50,942 nucleotides of DNA, taken from assembly GCA_035687725.1 (NCBI GenBank), contig DASRVB010000139.1:1-50942 (forward strand), given 5' to 3'. The position numbers were made by a program, and so were the translations under genes. Origin of the DNA: Gemmatimonadota bacterium (GTDB taxonomy: Bacteria; Gemmatimonadota; Gemmatimonadetes; JACCXV01; JAHWKZ01). Below the pieces are notes generated by a model. It ran no database searches. It saw nothing but the letters and a program-made list of their open reading frames with translations, and was not told the DNA's origin. Positions 27,784-37,093 of this stretch are shown one piece after another; within the stretch, counting starts at the first letter, position 1; each line of letters opens with the position of its first letter.

Positions 27784-28446
27784 TCAGGTTCTTTTCGAAA
27801 TCTTTTCCTCGAACAGCTTCCAGTAGATGCCCGCCAGTCCGCGGTGCTCGACGTCGAGCTTGCTCAGGATTTTGTGGACGTGCGTTTTGACAGTTCCGAT
27901 CGCGATCCCAAGCTCGGCCGCGATCTCGGAGTTGGTCCTGTGCTTTCCGAGCAGGGCGGCGACGTCGCGCTCACGGTCAGTGAGCGACTCGCAGCGGCTG
28001 ATGTCGACCTCCTGATCGACGCAGAGCTGTGACAGGTACTGCAGGCGACGCAAGGCAGCCGCTGTCTCTTCCGGATCGAGTACGACTCTGCCCTTGCTCG
28101 CTTCCTGGAGCCGGCGAGCAATGGCCTCAGGCGAATCGGTCGGTCGGATGACGATCGTCGCCCCCGCTTCCAGTAGGTCCAGGCGAAGAGCCGGCTCCGT
28201 CGTCAACCCCGCGATGACGGACGAGGGGTTCCTTCTCCGCACCCGTCGGATCGTGGAAATGCGATCCACCTGAAGATGGCCGTCTCCGACCACGAAAATC
28301 CGGTGCCGATCCACGTGAGACTCGAGAGCCTCCCGAGTGCGAACGGGGTGCAGCTCATGTCCCAGCAGTTCGGCCGCTTGTCGGAGAGGTGACTCCTCGT
28401 CAGGGGAGACAAGAGCGTGGATTGCAGGCTTAAGCGGGATCACCAA
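27784..28446 (-). CDS. NarL/FixJ-type regulator: divergent receiver-like domain + LuxR HTH
   Basis: C-terminal LTDRERDVAALLGKHRTNSEIAAELGIAIGTVKTHVHKILSKLDV is a LuxR-type HTH. The N-terminal roughly 120 aa has a receiver-like layout (FVVGDGHL, IAGLTT, IVIRP), but the usual K-P appears as R-P. The gene has visibly lower GC than its neighbours. Confidence 0.8.
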   Translation of the reverse strand: MVIPLKPAIHALVSPDEESPLRQAAELLGHELHPVRTREALESHVDRHRIFVVGDGHLQVDRISTIRRVRRRNPSSVIAGLTTEPALRLDLLEAGATIVIRPTDSPEAIARRLQEASKGRVVLDPEETAAALRRLQYLSQLCVDQEVDISRCESLTDRERDVAALLGKHRTNSEIAAELGIAIGTVKTHVHKILSKLDVEHRGLAGIYWKLFEEKISKRT

Positions 28447-28713
28447 CCAGTACGATAGTCATCCTGACAATTGAGTCAATCCTCGATAGAGTGCTCCGGG
28501 GCCACGCCCCATCTCCTGTCAGGTGACGCTCAGGTTGACCCTTCGCCGCCACGCCTCCTCTTTCCCATGGGGTTGCGACGATTCAGCTTCTTCCATGGGG
28601 TTCCCCGTATGATCCGCCTGATTTCCCCACGATGCCTACACTGCCCGCCCTGCCCACGTGGGACAATGTACACGGGAGGATCACCCGGCGCAGAGAGCGG
28701 CGGGGCACGCCGA

Positions 28714-29046
28714 CTACTTCTTTATGATTCCGATCGGCAGAAGCACGCAGTAGCCGAGGACGAGGAGGATCGGGGCGATCGTCTCGCTGCCGGTCGAGAG
28801 CAGGAAGTATCCGATCGCGATCGATACCGCCGCAGCTCCCAGCCAGATCGCGTTGGTGCGCGAGAACGACAGCGTGGGACGCGCGGGCGCGACTGCCCTG
28901 GTGGCCACCCCCGACTTCGTAGACGCGGCCGACCTGGTCGCGGCCTTCGCGCCGGTCGACGAAGAACCCTTGTCAGTCGCCGCGGTTTTCGGTGCCCTGG
29001 TCGCCATGGGGAGGCCGAATGTAGAGGCGCCCTGCGGTCGCGTCAA
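28714..29046 (-). CDS. small membrane protein (basic, Ala/Thr-rich N-terminus and two C-terminal TM helices)
   Basis: AIWLGAAAVSIAIGYFLLSTGSETIAPILLVLGYCVLLPIGII. The TTG at 29046 overlaps the purH stop (TTGA); an alternative ATG lies at 29007. The family is uncertain. Confidence 0.55.
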   Translation of the reverse strand: MTRPQGASTFGLPMATRAPKTAATDKGSSSTGAKAATRSAASTKSGVATRAVAPARPTLSFSRTNAIWLGAAAVSIAIGYFLLSTGSETIAPILLVLGYCVLLPIGIIKK

Positions 29047-30617
29047 TGGCGGAACTGGCGCATCCGCGTGAACACCATGGGGATACGGGCCCGCTCGGCG
29101 GCCGCCACCACCTCCTCGTCGCGCCGCGACCCGCCCGGCTGGATGATCGCGCCGATCCCCGCCCCCACCGCACGCTCCACCCCGTCCGGGAACGGGAAGA
29201 AGCCATCGGAGGCGAGCGCCGCCCCGGTCGTATAGTGCCCGAGCTCACGGGCGTATTTGACCGCCAGCTCGACCGCGCCCACACGGTTGGTCTGTCCCCC
29301 ACCCACCCCTATCGTCGATTCCCCCTTGGCCAGGACGATCGCGTTCGAGGCGACCTGACGGCAGACGGTCCACGCGAACAGCAGGTCGCGCCACTGCTCC
29401 TCGGTCGGCCTGATCGATGTCGCGACCTCCAGCGCCGTGCGTGCGTCGCCTTCGGGAAGCCACGCCAGATTCGGCCGTTGGACGAGGAGCCCTCCTCCCA
29501 CGCGGCGCACCTCGAGCGCATCCGGATCGGAGCCCGGGAACGGCCCCGCGAGTAGCCGCAGGTTCTTCTTCTTCGCGAGCGCCCGCCGCGCCGCAGAGTC
29601 GAAGTCCGGCGCGTAGACGACCTCGAGGAAGTGCTCGGCGAGGAGCTCTCCGAGCACCCCGTCCACCAGCTGGTCGAGCGCGACGATCCCGCCGAAGGCC
29701 GACACGGGATCGGCGGCCAGCGCGCGCCGATATGCGTCGAGCGCGCTCTTCGCGACTGCCGCCCCGCAGGGGATCGTGTGCTTGACGATCGCGCAGCAGG
29801 CGCGCGACGGATCGAGAGCATGGAGATCGCGCGCCACGCGGCGCGCGGCCTCAATGTCCAGGTAATTGTTGTACGAGAGCTCCTTGCCCTGCAGGATCTC
29901 GACACCGACGAGATCCTCGGACAGCGTCGAAGCCGCGCGATACACGGCGGCCGGCTGCTGCGGGTTCTCCCCGTAGCGTAGCTCACCGGCGAGCTCGCCG
30001 CCCCACGTCCAGCGCTCGGGCCATCCGGACTCGTCGCGCGACAACCACGCCGCGATCGCCGCGTCGTACCAGGCCGTCAGGCGAAACGCCTTCGCAGCCA
30101 GGCGCCTGCGCGTCTCGTCGGTCAACACTCCACCGCTCGTCCCGAGCTCCTCGATCAGCGCCACGTAATCCCCCGGCTCGCAGACGACGGCGACGTGGCG
30201 CCAGTTCTTGGCCGCGGCGCGCAGCAGTGCGACGCCCCCGATGTCGATCAGCTCCGTGCGCGCGGCTTCGTCCTCCGCACCCAGCTTCGCGGCGTCCTGG
30301 AAGGGATAGAGGTTGACGACGACGAGGTCGATGGGCGCGACGGACCGAGCAGCGAGGTCGGCGAGGTCCGCTTGGTGGTCGCGTCGCGCGAGAATCGCGC
30401 CGTGGATCGCGGGGTGGAGCGTCTTGACCCGCCCGCCGAGGATCTCGGCCGCTCCCGTCACCCCCTCGACGGTCTCGACCGCGAGCCCGGCTCCGGCCAG
30501 CTCCGACGCCGTGCCGCCGCTCGCCACCAGCGCGATGCCGTGCGCGTCGAGCGCCCGGCCCAGGTGGACCAGCCCCTCCTTGTCCCACACCGAAAGAAGC
30601 GCCTTCTCAGGCCTCAT
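29043..30617 (-). CDS. purH: bifunctional AICAR transformylase / IMP cyclohydrolase
   Basis: ALLSVWDKEGLVHLGRAL...ASGGTASEL...VEGVTGAAEILGGRVKTLHPAIHGAILARR, plus the C-terminal ...IIQPGGSRRDEEVVAAAERARIPMVFTRMRQFRH. Confidence 0.95.
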   Translation of the reverse strand: MRPEKALLSVWDKEGLVHLGRALDAHGIALVASGGTASELAGAGLAVETVEGVTGAAEILGGRVKTLHPAIHGAILARRDHQADLADLAARSVAPIDLVVVNLYPFQDAAKLGAEDEAARTELIDIGGVALLRAAAKNWRHVAVVCEPGDYVALIEELGTSGGVLTDETRRRLAAKAFRLTAWYDAAIAAWLSRDESGWPERWTWGGELAGELRYGENPQQPAAVYRAASTLSEDLVGVEILQGKELSYNNYLDIEAARRVARDLHALDPSRACCAIVKHTIPCGAAVAKSALDAYRRALAADPVSAFGGIVALDQLVDGVLGELLAEHFLEVVYAPDFDSAARRALAKKKNLRLLAGPFPGSDPDALEVRRVGGGLLVQRPNLAWLPEGDARTALEVATSIRPTEEQWRDLLFAWTVCRQVASNAIVLAKGESTIGVGGGQTNRVGAVELAVKYARELGHYTTGAALASDGFFPFPDGVERAVGAGIGAIIQPGGSRRDEEVVAAAERARIPMVFTRMRQFRH

Positions 30618-31215
30618 CGCTCTCCTCGATCCATGCGCGCTCTCCCTCCACGCGGAGCCGCCCCTCGGCGGCCGCGATCACGACGGCGGGCAAGAGCCGA
30701 TGCTCGACCTCGAGCACGCGCCTGGCCAGCGTGGCCGGAGTGTCCCCCGGCTCGACCGGCACCTCCTCGCGCGCGACCACAGGCCCCCTGTCGTACTCCT
30801 CGTCGACCAGATGCACGCTGGCCCCCGAGACCTTCTCCCCCGCTCTCAGCACGGCCGCGTGGACGCGGTCGCCGTACATCCCCTTCCCGCCGTGTGCGGG
30901 GAGCAGCGCCGGATGGATGTTGAGGATCCGGTTCCGATGGCGGCGCACGACCTCGTCCGGTACCCGCTTGAGGTATCCGGCCAGGACGATCCAGTCGACC
31001 CGAGCATGGGCCAGGATGTCGAGCATGCCTACGGCGTCGCCGTGACCCACGACCGCCGTTTCCACGCCGCGGCTGCGCGCCCGGTCGAGCGCGGGGGCGT
31101 CCGACCGATCGCTCACCACGAGCACCACCGCTGCGTCCCGCCGGCCTTCGAGCGCATCGAACAGGGCTTCGAGATTGGACCCCCGGCCGGAGGCGAAGAC
31201 CGCGACCCGGATCAT
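30607..31215 (-). CDS. purN: phosphoribosylglycinamide formyltransferase
   Basis: MIRVAVFASGRGSNLEALFDA...WIVLAGYLKRV...ILNIHPALLPAHGGKGMYG..VH. 11-nt overlap with purH. Confidence 0.95.
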   Translation of the reverse strand: MIRVAVFASGRGSNLEALFDALEGRRDAAVVLVVSDRSDAPALDRARSRGVETAVVGHGDAVGMLDILAHARVDWIVLAGYLKRVPDEVVRRHRNRILNIHPALLPAHGGKGMYGDRVHAAVLRAGEKVSGASVHLVDEEYDRGPVVAREEVPVEPGDTPATLARRVLEVEHRLLPAVVIAAAEGRLRVEGERAWIEESDEA

Positions 31216-31355
31216 CGGCGCTCCAAGCTAATCTCGCCGGCGACGCGCTGCCCTTGTCGGCGCCGAAGTCGCCTGTTATTCACCGTGTCGAGGCGGGCTC
31301 GCCGCTCACAAAGGGGCGCGTGGTGCCGCTTCCGGATTCATAAGGAGGTGGAAGC

Positions 31356-31802
31356 ATGTGGAAGGAGTTCAAGGAATTCGCGCTCAAGGGAAGCGTTCTG
31401 GACATGGCGATCGGCATCATCATCGGCGCTGCATTCGCCCCGATCGTGAAGTCGCTCGTGGACGACATCATCATGCCGCCCATCGGACTGCTTCTCGGCG
31501 GGGTCGATTTCACGAACCTGTTCGCGGTGCTCCGGGAGGGGACGCCGGGTAGCCCCTACTCCTCGCTCGAAGCGGCCAAGGCCGCCGGCGCTGTCACGGT
31601 CAACTACGGTTTGTTCGTGAACACGCTGATCACGTTCCTGATCATCTCGTTCGCGATATTCCTGATGGTCAAGGTGATCAACCGCTGGCGGGCGGGCGAG
31701 ACCGAAGAGCCGACGACCCGGGAGTGTCCGCAGTGCCTCACGACGATCCCGATCAAGGCGCGGCGCTGCTCGGCGTGCACGATGGAGGTCGTTCCGGCGT
31801 AG
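31356..31802 (+). CDS. mscL: large-conductance mechanosensitive channel MscL with an unusual C-terminal CxxC-x12-CxxC tail
   Basis: MWKEFKEFALKGSVLDMAIGIIIGAAFAPIVKSLVDDIIMPPIG...NYGLFVNTLITFLIISFAIFLMVK is canonical MscL. The tail is RECPQCLTTIPIKARRCSACTMEV. Strong SD AAGGAGG upstream. Confidence 0.9.
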   Translation: MWKEFKEFALKGSVLDMAIGIIIGAAFAPIVKSLVDDIIMPPIGLLLGGVDFTNLFAVLREGTPGSPYSSLEAAKAAGAVTVNYGLFVNTLITFLIISFAIFLMVKVINRWRAGETEEPTTRECPQCLTTIPIKARRCSACTMEVVPA

Positions 31803-31934
31803 CCGGCTGGCGACCTCGTCGATCTCCGCTTCCGTCATTCCATGGCTGCGGGCGGCCTTGTCAGCAACCCGCCTCCCGCGTCACCTTGACGCGATCCCGT
31901 CCGCTGTCCTGCGTCCCCGGAGCCGGAGGAACCG

Positions 31935-33482
31935 ATGCCCGAAGATCTGCCGACCGAGGTTGCCGACCCCCGTGCCGCTACCGTCGGTGGCCCGGCCGGG
32001 TTCTCGCCCATGGATCGGAGCTGGTTCGGTCATCCGCGCGGACTCGGGACCCTCTTCTTCACCGAGATGTGGGAGCGTTTCTCGTACTACGGAATGCGCG
32101 CGCTCCTCGTCCTCTTCATGGTGGACGCGACAACGGGCGAGAATCCCGGCCTCGGGTTCAGCGACTCGCAGGCCGGCGCGATGTATGGCCTCTACACCGC
32201 TATGGTGTACGTGCTCGCCCTTCCCGGCGGCTGGATCGCCGACAAGCTATGGGGTCAGCGCAAAGCGGTGTTCGTCGGCGGGTGCATCATCGCATCCGGC
32301 CATTTCAGCATGGCGATCCCCACTCTCGCGACCTTCTACCTGGGTCTCTGCCTGATCGTCATCGGCACCGGGCTACTCAAGCCCAACATCAGTGCGATGG
32401 TCGGGGACCTCTATCCCGAGGGCGGCGCGCGCCGCGACGCCGGGTTCTCGATCTACTACATGGGGATAAACCTGGGCGGGTTCCTGGGGCCGCTGCTCTG
32501 CGGGCTGTTCGGCGAGAGCTACAACTGGCATCTCGGATTCTCGCTGGCCGGGATCGGAATGGTCGCGGGACTCATCCAGTACCGCATGGGTGGGAAGTTC
32601 CTGGGCGATGCGGGAAGGCTTTCCATCGGCGACGACGCCGCCACCCTCGTGAGGCGCGCCGGCAACTTCTACAAGACACTCGCCATCGTGGGCATCGTCG
32701 TGATCGCCGTCGTCGCCCTCGCGGTGACGGGAGTGATCACCATGGCGCTCGAGACCGTGGCCCAGAGTCTCGGGGTCGTGATCGTCGCGACGGCTGTCCT
32801 CTACTTCGTGTTCCTGCTGGTGGCGGGCGGACACACCACCCAGGAGAAGAAGCGGCTTCTCGTCATCTTCTGGCTGTTCATCCTGGCGGCCATCTTCTGG
32901 TCGGGCTTCGAGCAGGCCGGCTCGTCGATGAACCTGTTCGCCGAGCGGATGACGAACCGGGTCATGATGGGGTGGGAGGCGCCGGCGAGCTGGCTCCAGT
33001 CCGTCAATTCCTTCTTCATCGTCCTCCTTGCCCCGGTCTTCGCGGCCGTCTGGACCTGGCTGGCGCGACGGAACGCCAACCCTTCGATCCCGCTCAAGTT
33101 CGCCCTCGGCCTGCTCGGACTCTCCGTCGGGTTCTTCGTTCTGGCCTGGGGAGCCGCCAACGCCACCGACGGGAACCTGGTTTCGCCGGCCTGGCTGGTG
33201 GTCACGTATTTCCTGCATACCTGCGGCGAGCTGGCCCTCTCGCCCGTCGGCCTTTCGTCTATGACCAAGCTGGCGCCGCAAGGGCGCGTGGGGCAGATGA
33301 TGGGCATCTGGTTCATCGCCTCGGCGCTCGGCAACCTGATCGCGGGCCTGGTCGCAGGGTCGCTCGAGACGCTGGCGCCGGCGGCCCTGTTCTCGAACGT
33401 GGCGATGATCGTCGGCGGCGCCGGCTTGGTCGCTGTCGTGGCGAGCCCGTTCGTCAAGCGCCTGACCGGCGGAGTGCAATAG
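31935..33482 (+). CDS. proton-dependent oligopeptide transporter (POT/PTR2 family, DtpT-like)
   Basis: FGHPRGLGTLFFTEMWERFSYYGMRALLVLFM and GGWIADKLWGQRKAV are POT signature motifs. About 14 TM segments. GGAGG lies 6 nt upstream of the ATG. Confidence 0.9.
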   Translation: MPEDLPTEVADPRAATVGGPAGFSPMDRSWFGHPRGLGTLFFTEMWERFSYYGMRALLVLFMVDATTGENPGLGFSDSQAGAMYGLYTAMVYVLALPGGWIADKLWGQRKAVFVGGCIIASGHFSMAIPTLATFYLGLCLIVIGTGLLKPNISAMVGDLYPEGGARRDAGFSIYYMGINLGGFLGPLLCGLFGESYNWHLGFSLAGIGMVAGLIQYRMGGKFLGDAGRLSIGDDAATLVRRAGNFYKTLAIVGIVVIAVVALAVTGVITMALETVAQSLGVVIVATAVLYFVFLLVAGGHTTQEKKRLLVIFWLFILAAIFWSGFEQAGSSMNLFAERMTNRVMMGWEAPASWLQSVNSFFIVLLAPVFAAVWTWLARRNANPSIPLKFALGLLGLSVGFFVLAWGAANATDGNLVSPAWLVVTYFLHTCGELALSPVGLSSMTKLAPQGRVGQMMGIWFIASALGNLIAGLVAGSLETLAPAALFSNVAMIVGGAGLVAVVASPFVKRLTGGVQ

Positions 33483-33574
33483 CGGCGCGGCTCCCCTCCG
33501 GAGCCTAGACTGTCACCGGTTTCACGCCGGCGTGCAACGCCCGCCGGCGATTCGTACCCGCAGAGGAGGACGGA

Positions 33575-34864
33575 GTGCCCGACAGCGTCACGATCATCGA
33601 CAATCGCACCGGTGAGCGATACGAGCTTCCAGTCATGTACGGAACGTATCCCACCTACGGCGCCGCGATCCCAGCCGCGACCCTGAGGACGATCAAGCAG
33701 TCCGAGGACGACTTCGGGCTCATGACGTACGACCCCGGATACACCAACACGGCTTCGTGTAAGAGCTCGATCACGTTCATCGACGGCGAGCGCGGAATTC
33801 TTCGCTATTGCGGGTACCCGATCGAACAACTCGCCGAGCGCCGGTCGTTTCTAGAGGTCGCGTATCTTCTGCTGGAGAGGGAGCTGCCGGACGGGGACCA
33901 GCTCAACGACTGGACGTGGCACGTCACGCACCACACGATCATTCACGAGAAGATCAAGCGCTTCATGGATGGCTTCCGCTACGACGCGCATCCCATGGGA
34001 ATGCTGGTCAGCACGGTGGCCGCGCTATCGACGTTCTATCCCGAGTCACGGCAGATCCAGGACCCCGACATCCGCCACAAGCAGATCGTGCGGCTGATCG
34101 CCAAGATGCCTACGATCGCCGCGTTCGCCTATCGCTACAGCGCGGGCATGCCGTACGCTTATCCCGACAACGACCTGAGCTACACCGGCAACTTCCTCAA
34201 CATGATGTATCGCTCCACGGAGACCCGATACAAGCCCGACCCCGTCCTCGAGCGGGCGCTGGACGTCCTGTTCGTCCTCCACGCCGACCACGAGCAGAAC
34301 TGCAGCACGAGCACGATGCGCGCCGTGGGGAGCTCCCACGCGGATCCCTACGTCGCGGTGGCGGCCGCCTGCGCCGCGCTGTACGGCCCGCTCCACGGCG
34401 GCGCCAACGAGCGCGTCCTGCGGATGCTCGAGGAGATCGGCAACGTCCGCGAGGTGCCGAAGTACGTCGAGCGCGTGAAGCAGGGCGAGTTCCGCCTGAT
34501 GGGCTTCGGACATCGCGTGTACAAGAACTACGACCCGCGCGCGAAGATCCTTCGCGAGCTCGCCGAGCAGGTCTTCGCCGTGACGGGCAAGAATCCGCTC
34601 ATCGACATCGCCGTCGAGCTGGAGAAGATTGCACTGGAAGACGACTACTTCGTCTCCCGGAAGCTCTATCCGAACGTCGACTTCTACTCGGGGATCATCT
34701 ATCAGGCGATGGGCTTCCCGACCGCGATGTTCCCGGTGCTGTTCGCCATCGCCCGCACGGCGGGCTGGCTCGCCCAGTGGCAGGAGATGTTGGTGGACGA
34801 GGACCAGCGGATCGCCCGCCCCCGGCAGGTCTACACTGGATCCGACGAGCGGGACGTAGACTGA
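33575..34864 (+). CDS. gltA: citrate synthase (type II)
   Basis: GILRYCGYPIEQL...HADHEQNCSTSTMR...LYGPLHGGANE...LMGFGHRVYKNYDPRAKIL. AGGAGG lies 5 nt upstream of the GTG start. Confidence 0.95.
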   Translation: MPDSVTIIDNRTGERYELPVMYGTYPTYGAAIPAATLRTIKQSEDDFGLMTYDPGYTNTASCKSSITFIDGERGILRYCGYPIEQLAERRSFLEVAYLLLERELPDGDQLNDWTWHVTHHTIIHEKIKRFMDGFRYDAHPMGMLVSTVAALSTFYPESRQIQDPDIRHKQIVRLIAKMPTIAAFAYRYSAGMPYAYPDNDLSYTGNFLNMMYRSTETRYKPDPVLERALDVLFVLHADHEQNCSTSTMRAVGSSHADPYVAVAAACAALYGPLHGGANERVLRMLEEIGNVREVPKYVERVKQGEFRLMGFGHRVYKNYDPRAKILRELAEQVFAVTGKNPLIDIAVELEKIALEDDYFVSRKLYPNVDFYSGIIYQAMGFPTAMFPVLFAIARTAGWLAQWQEMLVDEDQRIARPRQVYTGSDERDVD

Positions 34865-35685
34865 CGTTCGGCCCTTCTCCCCTCCAGCTTGACTCCGGAG
34901 ATCCAGATCGCTCCAGGCGCCAGAGCCAGATCTGGGATACCGAAGTCGAAACCTGGCTCAGCCAGATAGACGTTCAGCCCGGTTGGCAATGCGTAGACCT
35001 GGGATGCGGCGTCATGGGAATCCTGGAGCCGCTGAGCCGTCGAAGCATGCCTACCGGACGGGTCATCGCAGTCGAGCCGCGGCCCGCCCTGCTTCTCGCC
35101 GCGCGCGAGTTCGTCGCGCGGGCGGGCCTCGATAACGTGCGCTTGCTCGACACATCTCCCGATCGTACGACCCTGCCCGAAGCCTCCGTCCATCTGGTTC
35201 ATGAACGCTTTCTCCTATCCGGCGGCGCGAACGCGAGCGCGCTCCTCGGCGAGATGGAGCGCCTGGCGCGCCCCGGGGGGATCGTGGCCCTCGAGGAACC
35301 CGACTCCGCCGCCTGGCGCTGCTATCCCGACCACGAAGCATGGAGCAGACTGAGGGAGGCCCTCCGGGCCACGTACGCCGTGGGCGGAGGGGATCTCGAT
35401 GCGGGTTGCACGACGTTCATGTTGCTGAGAGATGCCGGATTCGAGGACGTCCGGATTCGCGCGGCAACGATCGCGCTCCAGGGGATTCACCCGGCCAAGC
35501 GTCTCCTCGTGGAGATGGCGGAAACGCATCGCGAGCGAATCCTCGAGGCCGGCTCGATGGAAGAGCAGGAGCTCGAGCAGGCACTGGCGGATTGTGACGG
35601 AATCGCCCGCGATCCATCGACCATCGTGATCAGCTTTCTCGTGACCCAGGCCTGGGGCCGGAAGACGGGACGTTTCCGCCTGTAA
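34861..35685 (+). CDS. class I SAM-dependent methyltransferase (start codon uncertain)
   Basis: VDLGCGVMGILEPL (motif I), VIAVEP, ARPGGIVALEEPD. There is no in-frame ATG/GTG/TTG between the gltA stop and motif I, so the 5' end given is the first in-frame codon (CTG) after the gltA stop overlap. Confidence 0.6.
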   Translation: MTFGPSPLQLDSGDPDRSRRQSQIWDTEVETWLSQIDVQPGWQCVDLGCGVMGILEPLSRRSMPTGRVIAVEPRPALLLAAREFVARAGLDNVRLLDTSPDRTTLPEASVHLVHERFLLSGGANASALLGEMERLARPGGIVALEEPDSAAWRCYPDHEAWSRLREALRATYAVGGGDLDAGCTTFMLLRDAGFEDVRIRAATIALQGIHPAKRLLVEMAETHRERILEAGSMEEQELEQALADCDGIARDPSTIVISFLVTQAWGRKTGRFRL

Positions 35686-35709
35686 CAACTCGCCGACGTG
35701 TCAAAAGAC

Positions 35710-35743
35710 GAAGCCCCGCCGCCGATCTCGGCGACGGGGCTTC
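35710..35743. terminator. bidirectional intrinsic terminator between convergent genes
   Basis: GAAGCCCCGCCGCCGA-tc-TCGGCGACGGGGCTTC forms a 16-bp stem with one mismatch. It is followed by TGTTTCG on the plus strand and preceded by CAAAAGAC, which is T-rich on the other strand. Confidence 0.7.
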
Positions 35744-35769
35744 TGTTTCGTCGGTTCAGGTGCGCGGCC

Positions 35770-37065
35770 TTAGGGCTGGCAGGGCCCGCCAGCGACGTTC
35801 GGAGGAACCAAACAGAAGAAGACATCGTTCGATCCGCCACGCGGCGGGGTGTCGGGGGCCAAGGTCACCGACGAGAACGCAGTGTAGCCGCCGCCCCCGC
35901 TCGTCTTGTAGGCCTTCACCGTGTAAACGACCGACGCGGGAACCTTGGGGTTCATCTGGCAACTCGAGGCCGAGGGATCCTCCTCGTCGGGTATGCTCCC
36001 GCAGCTGCAGGGCACGCCGTTCCCCTGGTCGTCGAAGGGTGCGCACTCGGCCCGGATCGTCGCCTCTTCGTCCTCGTAGAGCTCGCAGGTCGTGCCCTCG
36101 GAGGTGTTCTCGTATTGCGTAGTGAAGTTGCAGATCACCCCTCGCGCCCTTGGATCCATGTCGCCGACCACGACCGGGCTGAACGACGTGAACTTCGTCC
36201 CGAGTCCCGCGGCGTACGCCGGCGTGGCGCGAATCACCCACTGAACCGGCTTCGTGATGCCGTTGATGAATGCTCCCAGGCCCGTAGGTGCTATAGTGCA
36301 GCTGATCAGTCCCGGCGCCGGGGATTCCTCGCCGAATTCGCACTCTTCTCCCGGTGGGCAGTGCAAATGCCGGAGCCTTCCGGTCTCGAACGCTTCGCAA
36401 CTCTCCACCGTGATCGTAGTAAAGGTCCCGTCGGCGTCGACATCGAACACGTCCTTCTGACAGTCGTTATCCGAATTGCCCGGGCAGTCACCCAGGAAGC
36501 TGGTCGAGACCGGACGCGAGGAGACGAACACGAAGACGCCTTTCCCGCCGTCCACACGAAAACCGAACAGGTCGTTCGGCAACTCGCCCGTGCCACCGCC
36601 GGCGAGAGGCCCAGCCGCTACCCACGAGCCGTCCGTGAGGTCGGTGGGTGCATCCGGCACCAGGCACTCCGGCGGGCCAGGGACCAGGCCGGCGAGAGAG
36701 CACGCTATGGCCATGTACTCGATCACGGACTCTTCCAAAGAGGCATCGCCAGCAAACGTCTGCAAATCTTCACCCAGGTAGTCATTATAGATCGCGACGA
36801 TGATGGCATTGACGGTGGCCTCCGCCTGGGCGGTCTTGCCCCTGTCCAAAGCTGCGAGCGCCGTCTTGCATTGCTGCAGTCGGGTGCGCTCGATCGAGGA
36901 GCTCGTGTACATGCCCTCGGTGCGGCTCGTGAACTCCGGTGACTTACACGCTCCGGCCGTCAGCTCGACACCACGACCGGGCTCCGACGGGAGGTTCTGG
37001 TCCCCCTGACACGCGAGCAGGAGGCCACACACTACGAACGGTACCAGACTGCCGAGACGGGGCAC
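35770..37065 (-). CDS. Cys-rich lipoprotein, unknown function (431 aa)
   Basis: Lipobox MPRLGSLVPFVVCGLLLAC; about 20 Cys spread through the mature part. No family recognised. Confidence 0.7.
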   Translation of the reverse strand: MPRLGSLVPFVVCGLLLACQGDQNLPSEPGRGVELTAGACKSPEFTSRTEGMYTSSSIERTRLQQCKTALAALDRGKTAQAEATVNAIIVAIYNDYLGEDLQTFAGDASLEESVIEYMAIACSLAGLVPGPPECLVPDAPTDLTDGSWVAAGPLAGGGTGELPNDLFGFRVDGGKGVFVFVSSRPVSTSFLGDCPGNSDNDCQKDVFDVDADGTFTTITVESCEAFETGRLRHLHCPPGEECEFGEESPAPGLISCTIAPTGLGAFINGITKPVQWVIRATPAYAAGLGTKFTSFSPVVVGDMDPRARGVICNFTTQYENTSEGTTCELYEDEEATIRAECAPFDDQGNGVPCSCGSIPDEEDPSASSCQMNPKVPASVVYTVKAYKTSGGGGYTAFSSVTLAPDTPPRGGSNDVFFCLVPPNVAGGPCQP

Positions 37066-37093
37066 GGGGGAGCCTCCTGGATGATCGGAAAAG

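Noticed and set aside
27603-27890. 95-aa plus-strand ORF between the tRNA and the LuxR-type gene. The 218-aa minus-strand ORF 27043..27699 was considered alongside it.
   Set aside because: The first overlaps the well-supported LuxR-type gene in antisense. The second runs straight through the tRNA gene and the 26956 CDS. Neither has recognisable motifs.
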